A DNA stretch of 64,000 nucleotides from Octopus sinensis (lineage: Eukaryota). The stretch lies in assembly GCF_006345805.1 (NCBI RefSeq), contig NC_043008.1, positions 76,818,001 through 76,882,000 of the forward strand, given 5' to 3'. The notes beneath the pieces are model-generated. The model saw nothing but the letters and a program-made list of their open reading frames with translations. It made no database searches and had not been told where the DNA came from. Positions 27,880 to 40,690 of this stretch are shown here, piece after piece; the stretch's first letter is position 1, and each line of letters begins with the position of its first letter. The position numbers and the translations under genes were made by a program.

Positions 27880-29230
27880 TACTACCACCACTTGTAAATG
27901 TGCGGTCCACCACCTTACCAAACCAGTGGTACACCTCCCTATTTCTTAGAGGCGATAATGAAAACATCAAATCTGACACTATACACTACCAAGAAGGCAT
28001 CCTTCGAGATGGTAGCTTGTCAGTACTAATCTTTGTTCTCTCATTAAAACCGCGTTATACCTAATCACAAAACATAGCAGCTATAGGAATGGGTTCAATA
28101 ACATCTTTCTCCTTGCCTTTTGTCATGGCTTGAAGCACATTGCCCACACCTTTGCAGTGTCTATCGTCACCACCACCAACTATTTGGCCAATTCTAAACT
28201 GGTCGCTACAAGAGCTCAACGAGATGGATGAACGAACTCGCAAGATCCTCAGTATTACTGGAAACTAAAACATCAATGTAAATGGAGACAGAATAAACTT
28301 CCCACGTAAAGATGGTAGCCGTGGTTTTAAATTTGTGATATGTCATATGGAGCACGTCTGGTGATACTGCAGCAGACGGAAGAAGTCGATACCTATCTTA
28401 ATGAGCTTGAGAAGAGATATGAAATAAGAGTTTATACAGATCTCTTCCCAAGAAGCATTGGTAAATTCTATTTATTAGAACAAAATCAAAAAACAAGTGA
28501 ACAAATTTACTGAGAAGTTAGAGCTTGGGTGCATGGTACAAAAGGCGTAAGTCAAAGAAGGAATAGATCATATCAAAGGCTTGGAATGGAGTACCAACAA
28601 ATTTATGATATCCCACTTTGAAAGCTAGGTGCCTGCGATTTAAAAGACAGGAAATCTCCACCACGTACCTTCAACACAAAAGGCTGAAAACATTGGCAGA
28701 CAATAAATGTACGTTGCGCAAAACGAAGACTAAATGGCATCAAACAGATTACTGAGAACTGCGAAAAGAATGTCTTCCAGATATTATCCTCACATGAGGC
28801 ATGATGCGGTGGTCAAAATAGCCTGGAACAAGATACAAAAAAAAACAGACGAAGTTGACTATAATGAGGTTGGTGGGTCCAAAGTATATTGGTAAAGATT
28901 AAAAATTAAAACAGCCAGCAGGTTAAAACAACTGGTCAAATACTGTTGTGTGGGACCACAGAAAAAGTACGCTGTGTTGTGGAAATCAGTGGCCTTCTGG
29001 ATACCACTGTGGTCAGAAAAATGCAGGAGAAAGAGAGCATATATGAACTACTCGCTAATCCAGTACCCGAGATACTTTCAGTTTCATACCTATTATCATT
29101 GGAGCAAACGGATTCGTACAAACCTACCTGAACTTGAATTCTTGAGGAGAGAATGCAACTCCTTAATTTGTACGATATCTCGATGTATCTCGTCTTATCA
29201 AATATCAGTCAAAATTTATAAAAATTTTAA
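27880..29230 (+). mobile_element. R4/Dong-clade non-LTR retrotransposon relic
   Basis: GILRDGSLSVLIFVLSLKP, RINFPRKDGSRG, RHDAVVK, VEISGLLDTTVVRKMQEKE (restriction-like endonuclease end). Confidence 0.65.
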
Positions 29231-29559
29231 GTAAAAACAGTGTATCTTCTGCCTGGGGGGGCAATATATATGTGTGTATGTATATATATATACACGCGCG
29301 CGCACACACAGATACAAATGTGTGTGTGTGTGTGTGTGTGTGTTCACAGAAGAGATCCAAATATTCTCCGTATAGATCTTTAGCTTTACGTTAACATCTA
29401 CGGGGCAGCTGATTTACTCAACTGTACACAGTTTCCCTTCTCAATCCTAAATCACAATGTCAGGTCTATTATGTTTATATTTTATTGAAGTTTTCACTGG
29501 GACATTCCACTAGTACTCTCTTTTTTATTATGAGTCGCTATGGCTTCCACCATACTGTG

Positions 29560-30870
29560 GTTTCTTATTTTTTGTCCTCTGGGTTATCCTTTCGACGGAT
29601 CTCGTTATACAGAGTTCTAGCAACAACAACATGTCCCATCGGTAGATAAAACCGTGATGACATTTTCGGACAACTGCATATGATATGAGTGATATCTTCT
29701 ATGTTAACTCCATAAAGTCTGCATAGGTTTATTTTGCTGCTTATTCTGCATTTCTGTCCCTTTTGTGCATCAGGTATTTGGTTGATATTTCCTGTTCCTG
29801 GATTACAAACGCATACCCTTCAAAGTGGGAAGTAGTAATCTGGTTGTTGGTCCATGATAGACTGTTTTGATGATCAATGTTACTATCATCTCGAAGCTTT
29901 CTACCAACATATCTATGCATGGTCTTCTGCTGACGCACGCTCATACTTTCAACTGATGATACGTTCATTGCAGTAGAGTTGTGCGACTTATTTGGGCCTT
30001 TATTTAAAGTTATCAGACAGGGAATGCTACTCAAGAAGCTGCTTTTCAAGTCTTATGATGTTATGAGCCTCATGTATGCAAAATTGGTCAAGAGAAGTAC
30101 TTCGACACTTGGTGGTTAATAGATGTTGCTGGAAATGATATGATACGACATTCAAAGGCCACCTTGTTTTCGTTTTAGGTAGAGGCGGTCTACGTCACTG
30201 TTAATGTGGGAATTATGTGTGTTGGTTAGTATCTTCCGGGTTTTCACATCAATGGCTCGGATCTCATCAAGCGTCCAATCAAGCAGCCCAAATGTTGTGG
30301 GCCACATTATAAGCTACTATTTTATTGAACGCAATGAGATCCGAGGTCCAAATTTTCTTTATTCGGCTGTAATATTTTTTAGTGACACGTGTTTTGTTAT
30401 GGGTGTCATTGTACGATATGTTTTCGTCCACTCCTAAATACCTGTAACATTCCTCATCAGATATAGGGAAACGCTCAAGTCATTGATGGAGATGTTGCTA
30501 GTCTAGTTTAGCTTTCCCCCTTTTCACAACCATCTAGCAACATTTATCCTGACCAAACTCCAACCCTGCATCCTTTGAAAATGTTGTAACCAGGTCGAGA
30601 CTTTTTTTCATCTCATGCACATTCTTGGCATATAGCTTCAAGTCATCCACAAAGAAACAGTGTGTAATTTTTGTAATCCTGTTTCTTTGTGAACCAGTGG
30701 GATATCTTTCAGACTTCCTTAACATGAATGACAAGGGGTTTACAACATCACTGAGAGGCTGTCCCCTATGAATATGCCTCTGCGATACTGTATTCTATCG
30801 GTGATAATACAATCACTCCTTGTGTTTAATTTCAGGGCGGTGGCCCTCGATGAAGTTAGGTCAGCTATGG
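29560..30870 (-). mobile_element. R4/Dong-clade relic (RT to zinc knuckle)
   Basis: YRRGIFIGDSLSVML, ITHCFFVDDLKLYA, FGQDKC, FEGYAFVIQEQEISTKYL, EDITHIICSCPKMS..GHVVVA. Confidence 0.8.
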
Positions 30871-31396
30871 CTTCGACTATACTCACTGGATCTTCAGTAT
30901 GTATGCATATTTGTCTGTATAGTTGTGTGTGCGCCCGCGTACCTGTGTATATGAGTAATGCGGGGGACATTATCACTGTATTCAGACATACAAACAGATG
31001 TGTGAAAAAATGTCTATTAATGTCACAGGAAACAACTTACATTACAGTAACGTTCTCTCCATTACTCACAAACATCGAGTAACTGTCTTTTACTAGTTGA
31101 ATAAAATATGATGACACTGAACAGTTAAAGCAGATTTGTTTACAAACAGCAGTATTTCTTGCTGTGAAACTCTTATTCTGTCGATTAACACCTAACGCAT
31201 GTAGCTTTTCTTATGTAATTCCTATTCTACACTGTCTTAAGTGTTATAAATTCTGTTCAGACTATTGACACCATATGAGTGTGCGTTTGTGCGTGTATGT
31301 GTGTGTGTGTTGCCTCAATAGTACAAAATGAATTAGTTAATATATATTATCCCATTATATTATATACATTTATATATATTCATTTCCACAGACACA

Positions 31397-31452
<56 letters not shown>

Positions 31453-31750
31453 TCTACGTATATATATATATGTGTGTGTGTGTATAATTGTCTCCTTAGC
31501 CTAGAATTTATCTGTACAAGATGGAATTTCCTTATAGAAGACAAATATAAAAAGAATTACAAAAATATGGTGCACGGAAGAGGGCCATTGGTAGGGACAA
31601 GAAGTTGTAGGGGATGCAACCCATCCTTCTTAACAGACCCCTATTATTTCGTCTAAGTAGCACTGTTTTCGATTTTTGACAAGCTTCTCCTCTAGGCCGA
31701 ATTCTTGCTCAGCTTGTGTATGGTGGGTTATGCATCAATTTAGATGTGTG

Positions 31751-31809
<59 letters not shown>

Positions 31810-31832
31810 CGTGTGCATATGTGTATATACAT

Positions 31833-31899
<67 letters not shown>

Positions 31900-32384
31900 A
31901 ATTTATGTTAGGGACTGTGTGGAGTGTGTGTGTATTGTTTAACATTCCATCTGATATTAGAGGCTGTTCCCTCCCAACTCCTCTCTTCTGTCTTTTCAAA
32001 CATTCCATTCCATTCTACTCACTCACCCACCCTGATTCCCCATTCTAGTCGTTAACCTTTAACTACCCCTCTCTGCCAAAACTCCTGCACCTCCTTCCTT
32101 CAATCTGTTATGGTAATAATAATGTTCACGGTCAAAGTACCACCATACCCAACCACCTACATTAATCGCAACCACACGCACATTCGTATATACACATATA
32201 CATTTATATACATGAGGTCCTCAGTCAAATGATAAACAAATAAAAGAATAAAAGAATATATATATGTATATATATAGAGTGGTTGTTTACTGTCAACTTA
32301 ACGTGACAGTCCTGTAAAGGAATTTCATTACCGTTGTTTAGCCCTAGGAAGCAACGACGCTTCCTGTCGGCATATATATTATCT

Positions 32385-32574
32385 GTTTCCTGTTTCAGTC
32401 ATCAGACTGTGGCCGGGCTGGGGCACCGCCTTGAAGAACTTTTTGATAAATGAACCAATTCCAGTACTTTGTTTTAAGCCTGATATATGTGCTGTCGCTA
32501 AGTTTTTGCCGAAGTTACGGTGTCATACAGTAACCAACACTGGTTGTCAAGTAGTGGTGAAAAGCAACCCCACC

Positions 32575-32659
<85 letters not shown>

Positions 32660-32968
32660 TATATACATATATATATCCATGTTGATTCGTTAGCTCCTGC
32701 ACGCATTTTTTTTCTCTCCTTGTTTCTTTTCTGTGTATCTTTCTGTTGAAGAGCGTAGACTCGAAACGTAAAAGACTTGTTTTATTTATATTCCTGAGCG
32801 CCATACTAATACAATTGTTTGTTTGTACTCCACCTGCCTTCGTCTTTTGTTTATGTTCGTAAAGCTTCATGTTATATATATAGCAAGACACTTGCCCAAG
32901 GTGCTACGCAGTGAGGCTGAACCCAGAATCATGTAGTTGAGAAGCAAACTTCTTACCACACAGCCACA
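32385..32968 (-). mobile_element. SINE family A (head at 32880-32968, tail at 32385-32575) with nested insertion
   Basis: Head tggctgtgtggtaagaag..gggttcagcc..ttgggcaagtg; tail cagtc-tgat-gactg-aaac. Confidence 0.75.
32678..32872 (+). mobile_element. pLTR-like non-coding repeat with hammerhead-like motif, inserted in (TA)n
   Basis: Near-identical to 51500-51712. The motif TCTTT-CTGTTGAA-GAGcgtagaCTC-GAAA-C-GTA-AAAGA is at 32738-32775. Confidence 0.6.
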
Positions 32969-33330
32969 CATATCTATAAATGTGTGCGTTTTATATGAAT
33001 AATATATAGTCTTTTGACAATTTTTCTATACGCTAGGCCCCTGGTAGTAAACATTTCTAAAATCTTTATTACCCTGATATTATTAATTACAACATCACAT
33101 ACATACATACATACATACATACATACATACATACATACATACATACATACATACATACATACATACATACAATGTACAGCACATACATTTGATCACTATC
33201 AACAAATCATTTGTGCAAGTTGTTCAGCAAAAAATTTCAGAGCCGTCTTTCTTGGACTAACATCGTCGTCATCGTCGTCGTCATCATGTATGTATGTATG
33301 TATGTATGTAAAAATTTTATTTCTATTCCT

Positions 33331-33711
33331 GGAGGCGCAATGGCCCAGTGGTTAGGGCAGCGGACTCGCGGTCATAGGATCGTGGCTTCGATTCCCAGAC
33401 CGGGCGTTGTGAGTGTTTATTGAGCGAAAACACCTAAAGCTCCACGAGGCTCCGGCAGGGGATGGTGGTAATCCCTGCTGTACTCTTTCACCACAACTTT
33501 CTCACTCTTACTTCCTGTTTCTGTTGTACCTGTACTTCAAAGGGCCGGCCTTGTCACTCTCTGTGTCACGCTGAATATCCCCGAGAACTACGTTAAGGGT
33601 ACACGTGTCTGTGGAGTGCTCAGCCACTTATACGTTAATTTCACGAGCAGGCTGTTCCGTTGATTCGGATCAACCGGAACCCTCGTCGTCGTAACCGACG
33701 GAGTGCTTCCA
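33331..33711 (+). mobile_element. SINE family B, full length (tRNA-derived; resembles octopus OK/OR-type SINEs)
   Basis: A-box TGGCCCAGTGG, B-box-like gcttcgattcc, body ending gtaaccgacggagtgcttcca. Confidence 0.8.
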
Positions 33712-33714
33712 TGT

Positions 33715-35330
33715 AAAAGTAAGGGCGGGGGAATTGATCCTGTTAGTTTCCCCTGGGAAACTTTAAGGTACATTTTGGAAAAGGCTGGGAACTGGGACAT
33801 TTGGACCTGGAAAGATATGACGTCAGAAAAATCAGCAATAATGATTTGCTTTTGCAGAAATTACGTACTGTTTTTCGTTTGTATATCTTGAGCATACCAT
33901 TCAAACGACAAGGTGATCCTGTCAGAACATGGATATATCCTGGAAGCCGCTAGTGGCATTCAGTTGTTGTCATTGTCCGCAAATAAGAAAAGCAGGATAT
34001 TTGCAATGTCCATTCTCTGCGCGCTACTAAATGCTGGGCTGACCATTCTTTAGCAATGGTCAGATTACGTTTGGTAATAAAACCGGCTGCCAGAAATCAT
34101 AATACAATCAAACTCCCGAAGCACCTAAATGTTGGAAAGCGGTATTTGTTAGATGTATAAGATGTTCTAGGAGAAGCTATTGCAGTAATAATCGATAAAA
34201 CATCATGGTATATTGCCAGAGATGATCTTCATAATGCAGCTCATGTAATTCTTGGTATAACTCCAGCAAAGAGTAAAGGCTGGTTTGATAAAAATTACTA
34301 GACTATAAAAACAGTGCTTTCCAAGAAAAATTGGATATACATGGTGATTCAAAAGTCACCATACATAGGGAAAATTTATTTTTTATAAGAAACAATTAAA
34401 TAAAAAAAAATAAATTGTTCTTATGTATGGCGATTTTTGAATCACTCTGTATAAAAAATACTGCAAGCAGAGATATCAAAGGAAAGGTGTCTTCATTTGG
34501 AAGAAAACTTCAAGCGTGCAGAAACCTACGAGATGCACCCTACGAGATATTCAAGAAAACTGGTGGACGAGACCGACAACCGACTGGCAAAAACTGGATG
34601 AGGAAATAACTTCATGCATCATAATGGTAACTGATTCTCTTGCCAGTCTTTGACATGTTTGAAATCAGAAGGAAGTTTAAAAGGCACTTATGACACTGCT
34701 TTACTCTAGTGAAACTTAGGCGGTCTACCACAGCACCCCATTAGCCTGGAGCAGATACACTAACGATGATTTCGTAATATTCTAAGCATTCACCGGAGTA
34801 CACATACACCTGAATCTGAAGTACTCCAAAATGCTGACGCTCTAAGTATTGAAGCTCACATACATAGAAATAGACTAGATGACAGCAGAATTCCAAAACA
34901 AAATTCTTTATGACGAGCTGATGTCTGGTATGTGATTTACACCTTAAGTCAAAATTGTGTTTTAAGAACTGTATGAAAGATTTTCTAATTCAATGCCTGA
35001 TTGGAACAATTGAATGGAAGTTTTTAGCGCTAAGCAGAAGTAATTGGGTATACCGAAATAACCAACGGCATCCGGACCTTTCCAGCATCTTCGTTAAAAT
35101 CGGCCAAGGTAAAGCTAGTAGGTAAGAAAAGAGAACCTGTTGTGAGTTGATGAATTTGCTCTCCAAATCTTGCCTCACAAGTCACGCAAGCAAACACTTT
35201 GAAAGGCCTCAAGTTGAATACAGCCAATTTCTAGCACCTAAGCCGATAAGCAATCTATGTGGTAGGGGGGTTTTCAACCGATTTGGACTCAAAAGGTACT
35301 TGAATGTACACAATCAAGGCATTCTACAGA
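33715..35330 (+). mobile_element. RTE LINE relic with large internal deletions
   Basis: APE pieces GTFGPGK and RTWIYPGSR.WH, GWFDKN, DSRIPKQILYDEL, C-terminal NLCGRGVFNRFGLKRYLNVH. Confidence 0.7.
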
Positions 35331-35531
35331 ACGATCGTTTGACTGCTACGCATGAAAATGGATACGGCATCTGCAACAACAAAAAATATTTAATTACTTG
35401 CTGGCTTTAAAAGCCTTTGTAGGCCCGTGTTCACTGAAAAAAAAAGTAAATAAACAAAAAAAAACCACAGAAATAATATTTGTCAGTGATACATCTAAGG
35501 AGTCGACAGCCATCATCTTTATTGGAGATTA

Positions 35532-35730
35532 CGAGGTGGTGGAGAAAAGTTCTTAGCTTTGGGTAAAAGAAAATACGGTAGGATTAGTTAATTATGATTT
35601 TATTCAACATGTTCTCCTCTCTGATTCACACACTCACCGTAGTGGTACTTCAATGTTTCTAAGCCCTTTAAAAGAAAACTGGAAGTTGGGCCTCCAGCCT
35701 GGCCTTCCGCGATATTCTTAAAGCCAGTTT
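35532..35730 (-). mobile_element. mariner 3' terminal fragment
   Basis: TA followed by cgagg..gaaaagttcttagc terminal repeat, similar to the end at about 795-815. The minus strand reads a C-terminal ..RGEHVE*. Confidence 0.6.
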
Positions 35731-35739
35731 TTCAGCACC

Positions 35740-36430
35740 TCTTTGTATATTACAGAATTGCTAAAGATTCGTTCGCAGTACCTCACGAAGTACGACCTAA
35801 CTACATCCAAAGCTTCATTAATAGATAAAGATAGTTTTTTTGTTTGCACATTTTCCTAGCACCTGAAATAAACCTACTTTATACGGTATCTTCTGTAATT
35901 TAGGAATCTAAAAAACAAAATAGGATAACCATATTCTTCTCTTGCCCTTTGAAACCACTCAACTTTTCCACCTTATTAACATCAAAGCCAAAGTTACTTA
36001 CTCCTCCTATCTCATAACCTAATACCCTTGTATAATATTTTTTATAAATAAAAACAAATTCTCAGATTATTTATCCACTAATACTATAACAAACTTAACG
36101 TGCAACTCTCTAGTGTATTCCTTAACCTCAAATTTACTTAAAGCTGATGGGTTTATTATCAAACTGTACAGCCTTCTAATAACGTCTCAGCAACACGCTT
36201 ATTCTGATCTACCAGTTTTGAAATTCCTCTAGTCTAATCATATTCTTGAGACTTCCCTATATCTCGTATTTTTTATCATAATTCTTTTCAGTTTCTCGTT
36301 TTTAATAATATTTAAATTTCCAGTATACACATTATGGCAGAATTCGGACTTATTGAAATTACTCATTCCTAAATAAATGCCCTTGAAACTTTCTAGGTTA
36401 GCCTCCGATAAAAACGTATTGCAGTTAAAT
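35740..36430 (-). mobile_element. Penelope-like element N-terminal RT fragment
   Basis: SEFCHNVYTGNLNIIKNEKLKRIM..RYRE and LHVKFVIVLVDK motifs. Confidence 0.6.
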
Positions 36431-36517
36431 AATACATTACCTATACATACATACATACATACATACATACATACATACATACATACATACATACATACAT
36501 ACATACTATAAATATAT

Positions 36518-37039
36518 ACGAACGGATTATAACGTATTGCTACAATCGTTTCATTAGATTTTATTGCATTGTAATATCGTTCAGACATGTATGAAGTGCA
36601 CCACCTATAAGATGCTGTTGTTGTTAAGCAACAAGACGGGTAAGGGTGATTAGGTGATGGTCTAGGGCTTAGGGGCGAGAGACCCCAGACCTTGGGGAAA
36701 AAAAATATCTTTGGTCGTCTTGTTGTAGTCGAGGGCTCTTCATTGACGCCCGACACCAATGGGAGGTAGCCCTCGAAGTCGCTGGAAATGGAGATCTCCA
36801 GATCCAAATTCTTGAACGGCCCTATAAGATGCTGCAAAGCATAGAGAACCTCTCAAATCTTCAGGTTGGACTCTATTGTGTAAGAGCCGATATTACAGTG
36901 CGCTGGACAATGTAGCTCTCTGTTGTGTTTTTGCAATATCTTATAGATGCTGCACTTCATAACACCTACCTGTATAAGTTATAAAGCAATAAAATCTAAT
37001 AATGAAACGATTGTAGCGATGCCGTTATTATCCGTTTGT
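36518..37039. mobile_element. fold-back/MITE-like element with ~100-130-bp imperfect terminal inverted repeats
   Basis: 36518-36615 is approximately the reverse complement of 36937-37039. Confidence 0.65.
36618..36820 (-). mobile_element. 203-bp retroposon-like insert with 14-bp TSD
   Basis: cctataagatgctg occurs at 36604-36617 and 36821-36834. The minus strand ends in a (CAA)-like tail. Confidence 0.6.
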
Positions 37040-37234
37040 TTTGATTATTTTACACCATGCTGAAGTACTCATCAACTAGTAGAGTAGCGGATTACCAAGC
37101 ACAGTGGATTTTCTGGATTGTTTACCTGTTGATTTATTTTATTATATAACCATTAATGCGGTGTGCTTCATTTTGATATGCTCCGATCTTGGATCTTCTT
37201 TAATCTGTGTGTCAATGTGTGTGCGTGCGTGCGT

Positions 37235-37265
<31 letters not shown>

Positions 37266-37284
37266 CAGTTTTTTTTTTACTTCT

Positions 37285-37510
37285 TTTAGTCATTAGACTG
37301 CAGCCCTTACTGGGGCACTGCATTAAAAGATTTTAGTCGAGCGAATCCAGCCCAGAACTTAATTATTTGTTAAAGCCTAGTACTTATTCAATCTATCTCT
37401 TTTACCAAACCGCTAAATTACGGCGACATAAACACACGAGCACCAGTTTTCAAGCGCTGATGGGGCACAGACTCAAAGAGTGAGTGCGCTCGCGTGCGCG
37501 CACACACAGT
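37285..37510 (-). mobile_element. SINE family A 3' half
   Basis: Homologous to 42360-42550. Confidence 0.7.
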
Positions 37511-37745
37511 CAAACACACACACACATTTATATATGTGTTTTAGCTTGTTATGCAATGTGGGCAGAGCCTGGGGATTGCGTGAAGGCATCAGACGTATTA
37601 TAAAATGCTGTCTGAGTTGATCTCATCGCAAGAAATTTTTAGTTGTCTATAAAAATCTACACTGTGTTTATAAAAGAATATTTATCTCTCATCAGATGGA
37701 GTACTTCTTTTTTTATCTTACCTTCACGGAACGGTAAAACGTATA

Positions 37746-37792
<47 letters not shown>

Positions 37793-37814
37793 ATATATTA
37801 TATATATATATATA

Positions 37815-38590
37815 CAGGGTGCGGCGAATAAACTGTCGTCTCAAATACGCAAAAATGGAAATAACACTGACATCTCATTTTAACAGATATATCTACCAAA
37901 CTTACATAACAATATCTTGATATACTAAAGAGTAAATTTTTCAATAAAATCGCCACTAGCTTCAACCACGTCCTCCAGACGAATTCGAAATTGCCTGCAG
38001 CTCTTCTGGCCGGTCTCCTTGTTTAAATTGGGGAATGCTGCTATAATCTTTGCCTTCAGTTCAACTTTGGTGTTACAAGGAGTTTTGTTGGTTTCTCGCT
38101 CAACTGCATGCTACACATAATAATCAATTGGAGTTGCAGTCTGGGGATTTCGGTGGCCAGATTTTATGGTGCAGAGTTGCCAAACATAGGGTCTTCCAGC
38201 AGCCAATCTCTTGACCCAGGGCAGCACTACCTCCTCCAGAGACTTGAAGTAATCCACCGTGCTGAACTTGAGGCCGTGTAAGAAGATGAATGGAGGCATA
38301 AATTCGCCATCACTCCAAACAGCATGATATTGACTAGGTGTTTGATTTCTATCACTCTCGGTATACCCAAGCATTCGGAAATGTTCGTATTGGAGCTTCT
38401 GGCGCGAATGCCAAGCAGTACAGCATGTCGTTTCCAAATTTCTAACAAAGTCATTTGTGTCATGGTGCTGTTTTTCTCATAGACGGTACCCAACTAACCC
38501 TTCTATACTGGGTAGCCGACAAAATCAAATACAAACAATGCACATGCGTGAAATTAAAAACATAATATCGCAACAATTTACGCATCGCAT
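37815..38590 (-). mobile_element. Tc1/mariner relic, DDxD (maT/DD37D-like), internally deleted
   Basis: TA followed by cagggtgcggcgaataaactg terminus; PWVKRLAAGRPYVWQ, WPPKSPDCN, IDYYV, ETNKTPCNTK. The opposite terminus is degenerate. Confidence 0.7.
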
Positions 38591-38597
38591 ATATATA

Positions 38598-38635
<38 letters not shown>

Positions 38636-38841
38636 TATATATATGTTAAGAGAAAAACAATTAGTTTTAAATCTCTGAGCGAGAAGTAGTAGCAGTATTA
38701 TAGTAAGTTCTATTTGCCAACGTAAAGTGGCAGTCCTGGTTAGGACGATGTTACTATGCTTTTTTAGCGCCAGGAAAACATCTACTGTGTCCTTATACCT
38801 CGAACAAGGGAGCTAATGTCCCAACTCACTAATAAATGGTA

Positions 38842-38887
38842 CCTGCGGACCACTGGTTTCTGGGTGACTTCCCATCATCGGTACAGG
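38842..38887 (-). ncRNA. type I hammerhead ribozyme (U4C core variant)
   Basis: CCTGTA-CCGATGA-TGGGaagtcaCCCA-GAAA-CC-agt-G-GTC-CGCAGG on the minus strand. Confidence 0.7.
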
Positions 38888-39167
38888 ATAACCACTGGTT
38901 TGAGATGGCAGCAGTAGGCCTTGCTCGAGGGATATACTTTTAAAGTGACACTGTCACTGATCTCCCAAGGAGAAAAACAATTAGTTTTAAATCTCTGAGC
39001 GAGAAGTAGTAGCAGTACTACATAGTAAATTTTATTTGTCAGCGTGACGTGGCAGTCCTAATTAGGATGATGTTACTACCTTTTTTAGTCCCGGGAAAAC
39101 ATCTTTTCCAGCTGGCTATCTACGCACAACTGCGTCCTTATACCTCGAACAAGGGAATTAAACGGCA

Positions 39168-39213
39168 CCTGCGGACCACTGGTTTCTGGGTGACTTCCCA
39201 TCATCGGCACGGG
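39168..39213 (-). ncRNA. type I hammerhead ribozyme (U4C core variant), second tandem copy
   Basis: CCCGTG-CCGATGA-TGGGaagtcaCCCA-GAAA-CC-agt-G-GTC-CGCAGG on the minus strand. Confidence 0.7.
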
Positions 39214-39378
39214 ATACCCGTTGGTGTAAGTATGCAGTTGTGCGTCGATAGCTTGTTGGAAAAGAAGTTTTCTTGCGGCTAAAAAAGGTAGTGACATCGT
39301 CTTAATCAGGACTGATACTTCGCGTTAGCAAATAGAATTTACTTTGTAGTACTGTTACTACTTACTTCTCACTACTTA

Positions 39379-40599
39379 CGGGGGTTAGACAAAATAATGG
39401 AAACACCTAGCATCATAGCATCATAATTTTGACATATCTATAAAACCGTCAAAAACTTGTTTATTTTTATGTTTTTTTTTTTACTTATTATTAGAGTTGC
39501 TTAATATGTTTTGCTAAAATTGCTGTTTCTTATCAGATATCATCAGAAAAAGGTAATTAAAATTCATTAAAATGATAGATTTATCGAACTTTCAAAGAGG
39601 TCAAATTGTTGGCGCTCGTATTGCAGGCGCTAGCGTAACGAAAGCAGCTGAAATGTTTGGTGTATCAAGAAATACTGTCTCGAAAGTAATGACAGCCTTT
39701 GAGAAAGAGGGAAAAACCTCCTTGTCAAAACAAAACTTCGGAAGAAAACCAAAACTTTCAGATAAGGACCGTCGGACTCTTATGCACATTATTAGAAAGG
39801 ATCACAAAAGTACAGCTCTCAAAATTACTGCAGAGCTTAATGACCATCTCGAGAACCCAGTTTCCACAAGAACTGTTCGCCAGGAGCTGCACAAAGCCGG
39901 ATTTCAAAAACAAACGTTTCAAAGCGTTTAGAGTGGAGTAAAAACCTACAGAAATCGTCCCTAGAGCTGTGGAAGAATGTTATTTTCTCGGACGATTCAT
40001 CCTTTACCTTAATTCCGACCACCGGCTGAGTATATGTGTGGAGACAGCCATAAAACGCATTTGACCCAGACTGCTTTCTTCCAACTGTTAAACATGGAGG
40101 AGGGTCTGTGATGAGCAGGAGGGCTATACCTTGTAAATGGCTTCCCTTCATGGTAGAATTAATAGTCAGTACTATTTAAGCATTTTATCTTATAAAATGG
40201 GTGCAGAATTGCTTCCGGAAGGAAACGCAAACTTTCAAGATGATAATGCACCAATTCACACAGCTAAAGTTGTTACTGAATGGCACGAGGAACATTCTAG
40301 TGAAGTTGAATATCTTATTTGGCCACCATAGGTCCAAGATCTGAATATTATTGAACATTTGTGGTACATTTAAAAAAAACAAGTAAGGTGTCGATATTCT
40401 CCACCATCATCACTACAAGAACTGGAGACTTTTTTAGCTGAAGAATGGACAAAAATTCCTCTGGAAACCATTCAAACTTTGTACGTGTCCGTACCTCGTA
40501 GAATTCAAACTGTAATTACTGCCAAAGGTGATCCTTACTCATATTAAAATAAATTTGTTTGAAATTTTAAGGTGTTTCTATTATTTTGTCGAGCCCCTG
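39379..40599 (+). mobile_element. Tc1-type transposon, DD36E (Incomer-like), inactive
   Basis: TA TSDs at 39377-39378 and 40600-40601; 29-bp imperfect TIRs. Transposase MIDLSNFQRGQIVGAR.., FSDDSSF, FQDDNAPIH-(36 aa)-E. Contains a deletion and stops. Confidence 0.9.
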
Positions 40600-40644
40600 T
40601 ACCTCGAGCAAGGCCTAGTATTGCCATCTCAAGCCAACGGTTAT

Positions 40645-40690
40645 CCTGTGCCGATGAAGAGATATAACACAGAAAACATTGGTCCATAGG
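40645..40690 (+). ncRNA. degenerate third hammerhead of the 38.6-kb family
   Basis: CCTGTG-CCGATGA..GAAA..GTC-CATAGG: stem I intact (6 bp), stems II and III eroded. Confidence 0.45.

Larger units (their letters stand above)
38645..39370 (-). mobile_element. tandem ~326-bp non-coding hammerhead-bearing units plus an inverted partial unit (retrozyme/pLTR-like)
   Basis: 38648-38895 is directly repeated at 38970-39218. 39220-39370 is an inverted copy of about 39000-39140. A further inverted part lies at 40602-40700. Confidence 0.8.

Noticed and set aside
32392-32412. CTGATGA-CT-GAAAC on the minus strand
   Set aside because: Only 2 nt separate the boxes; it is the SINE A tail hairpin with a TGAT loop.
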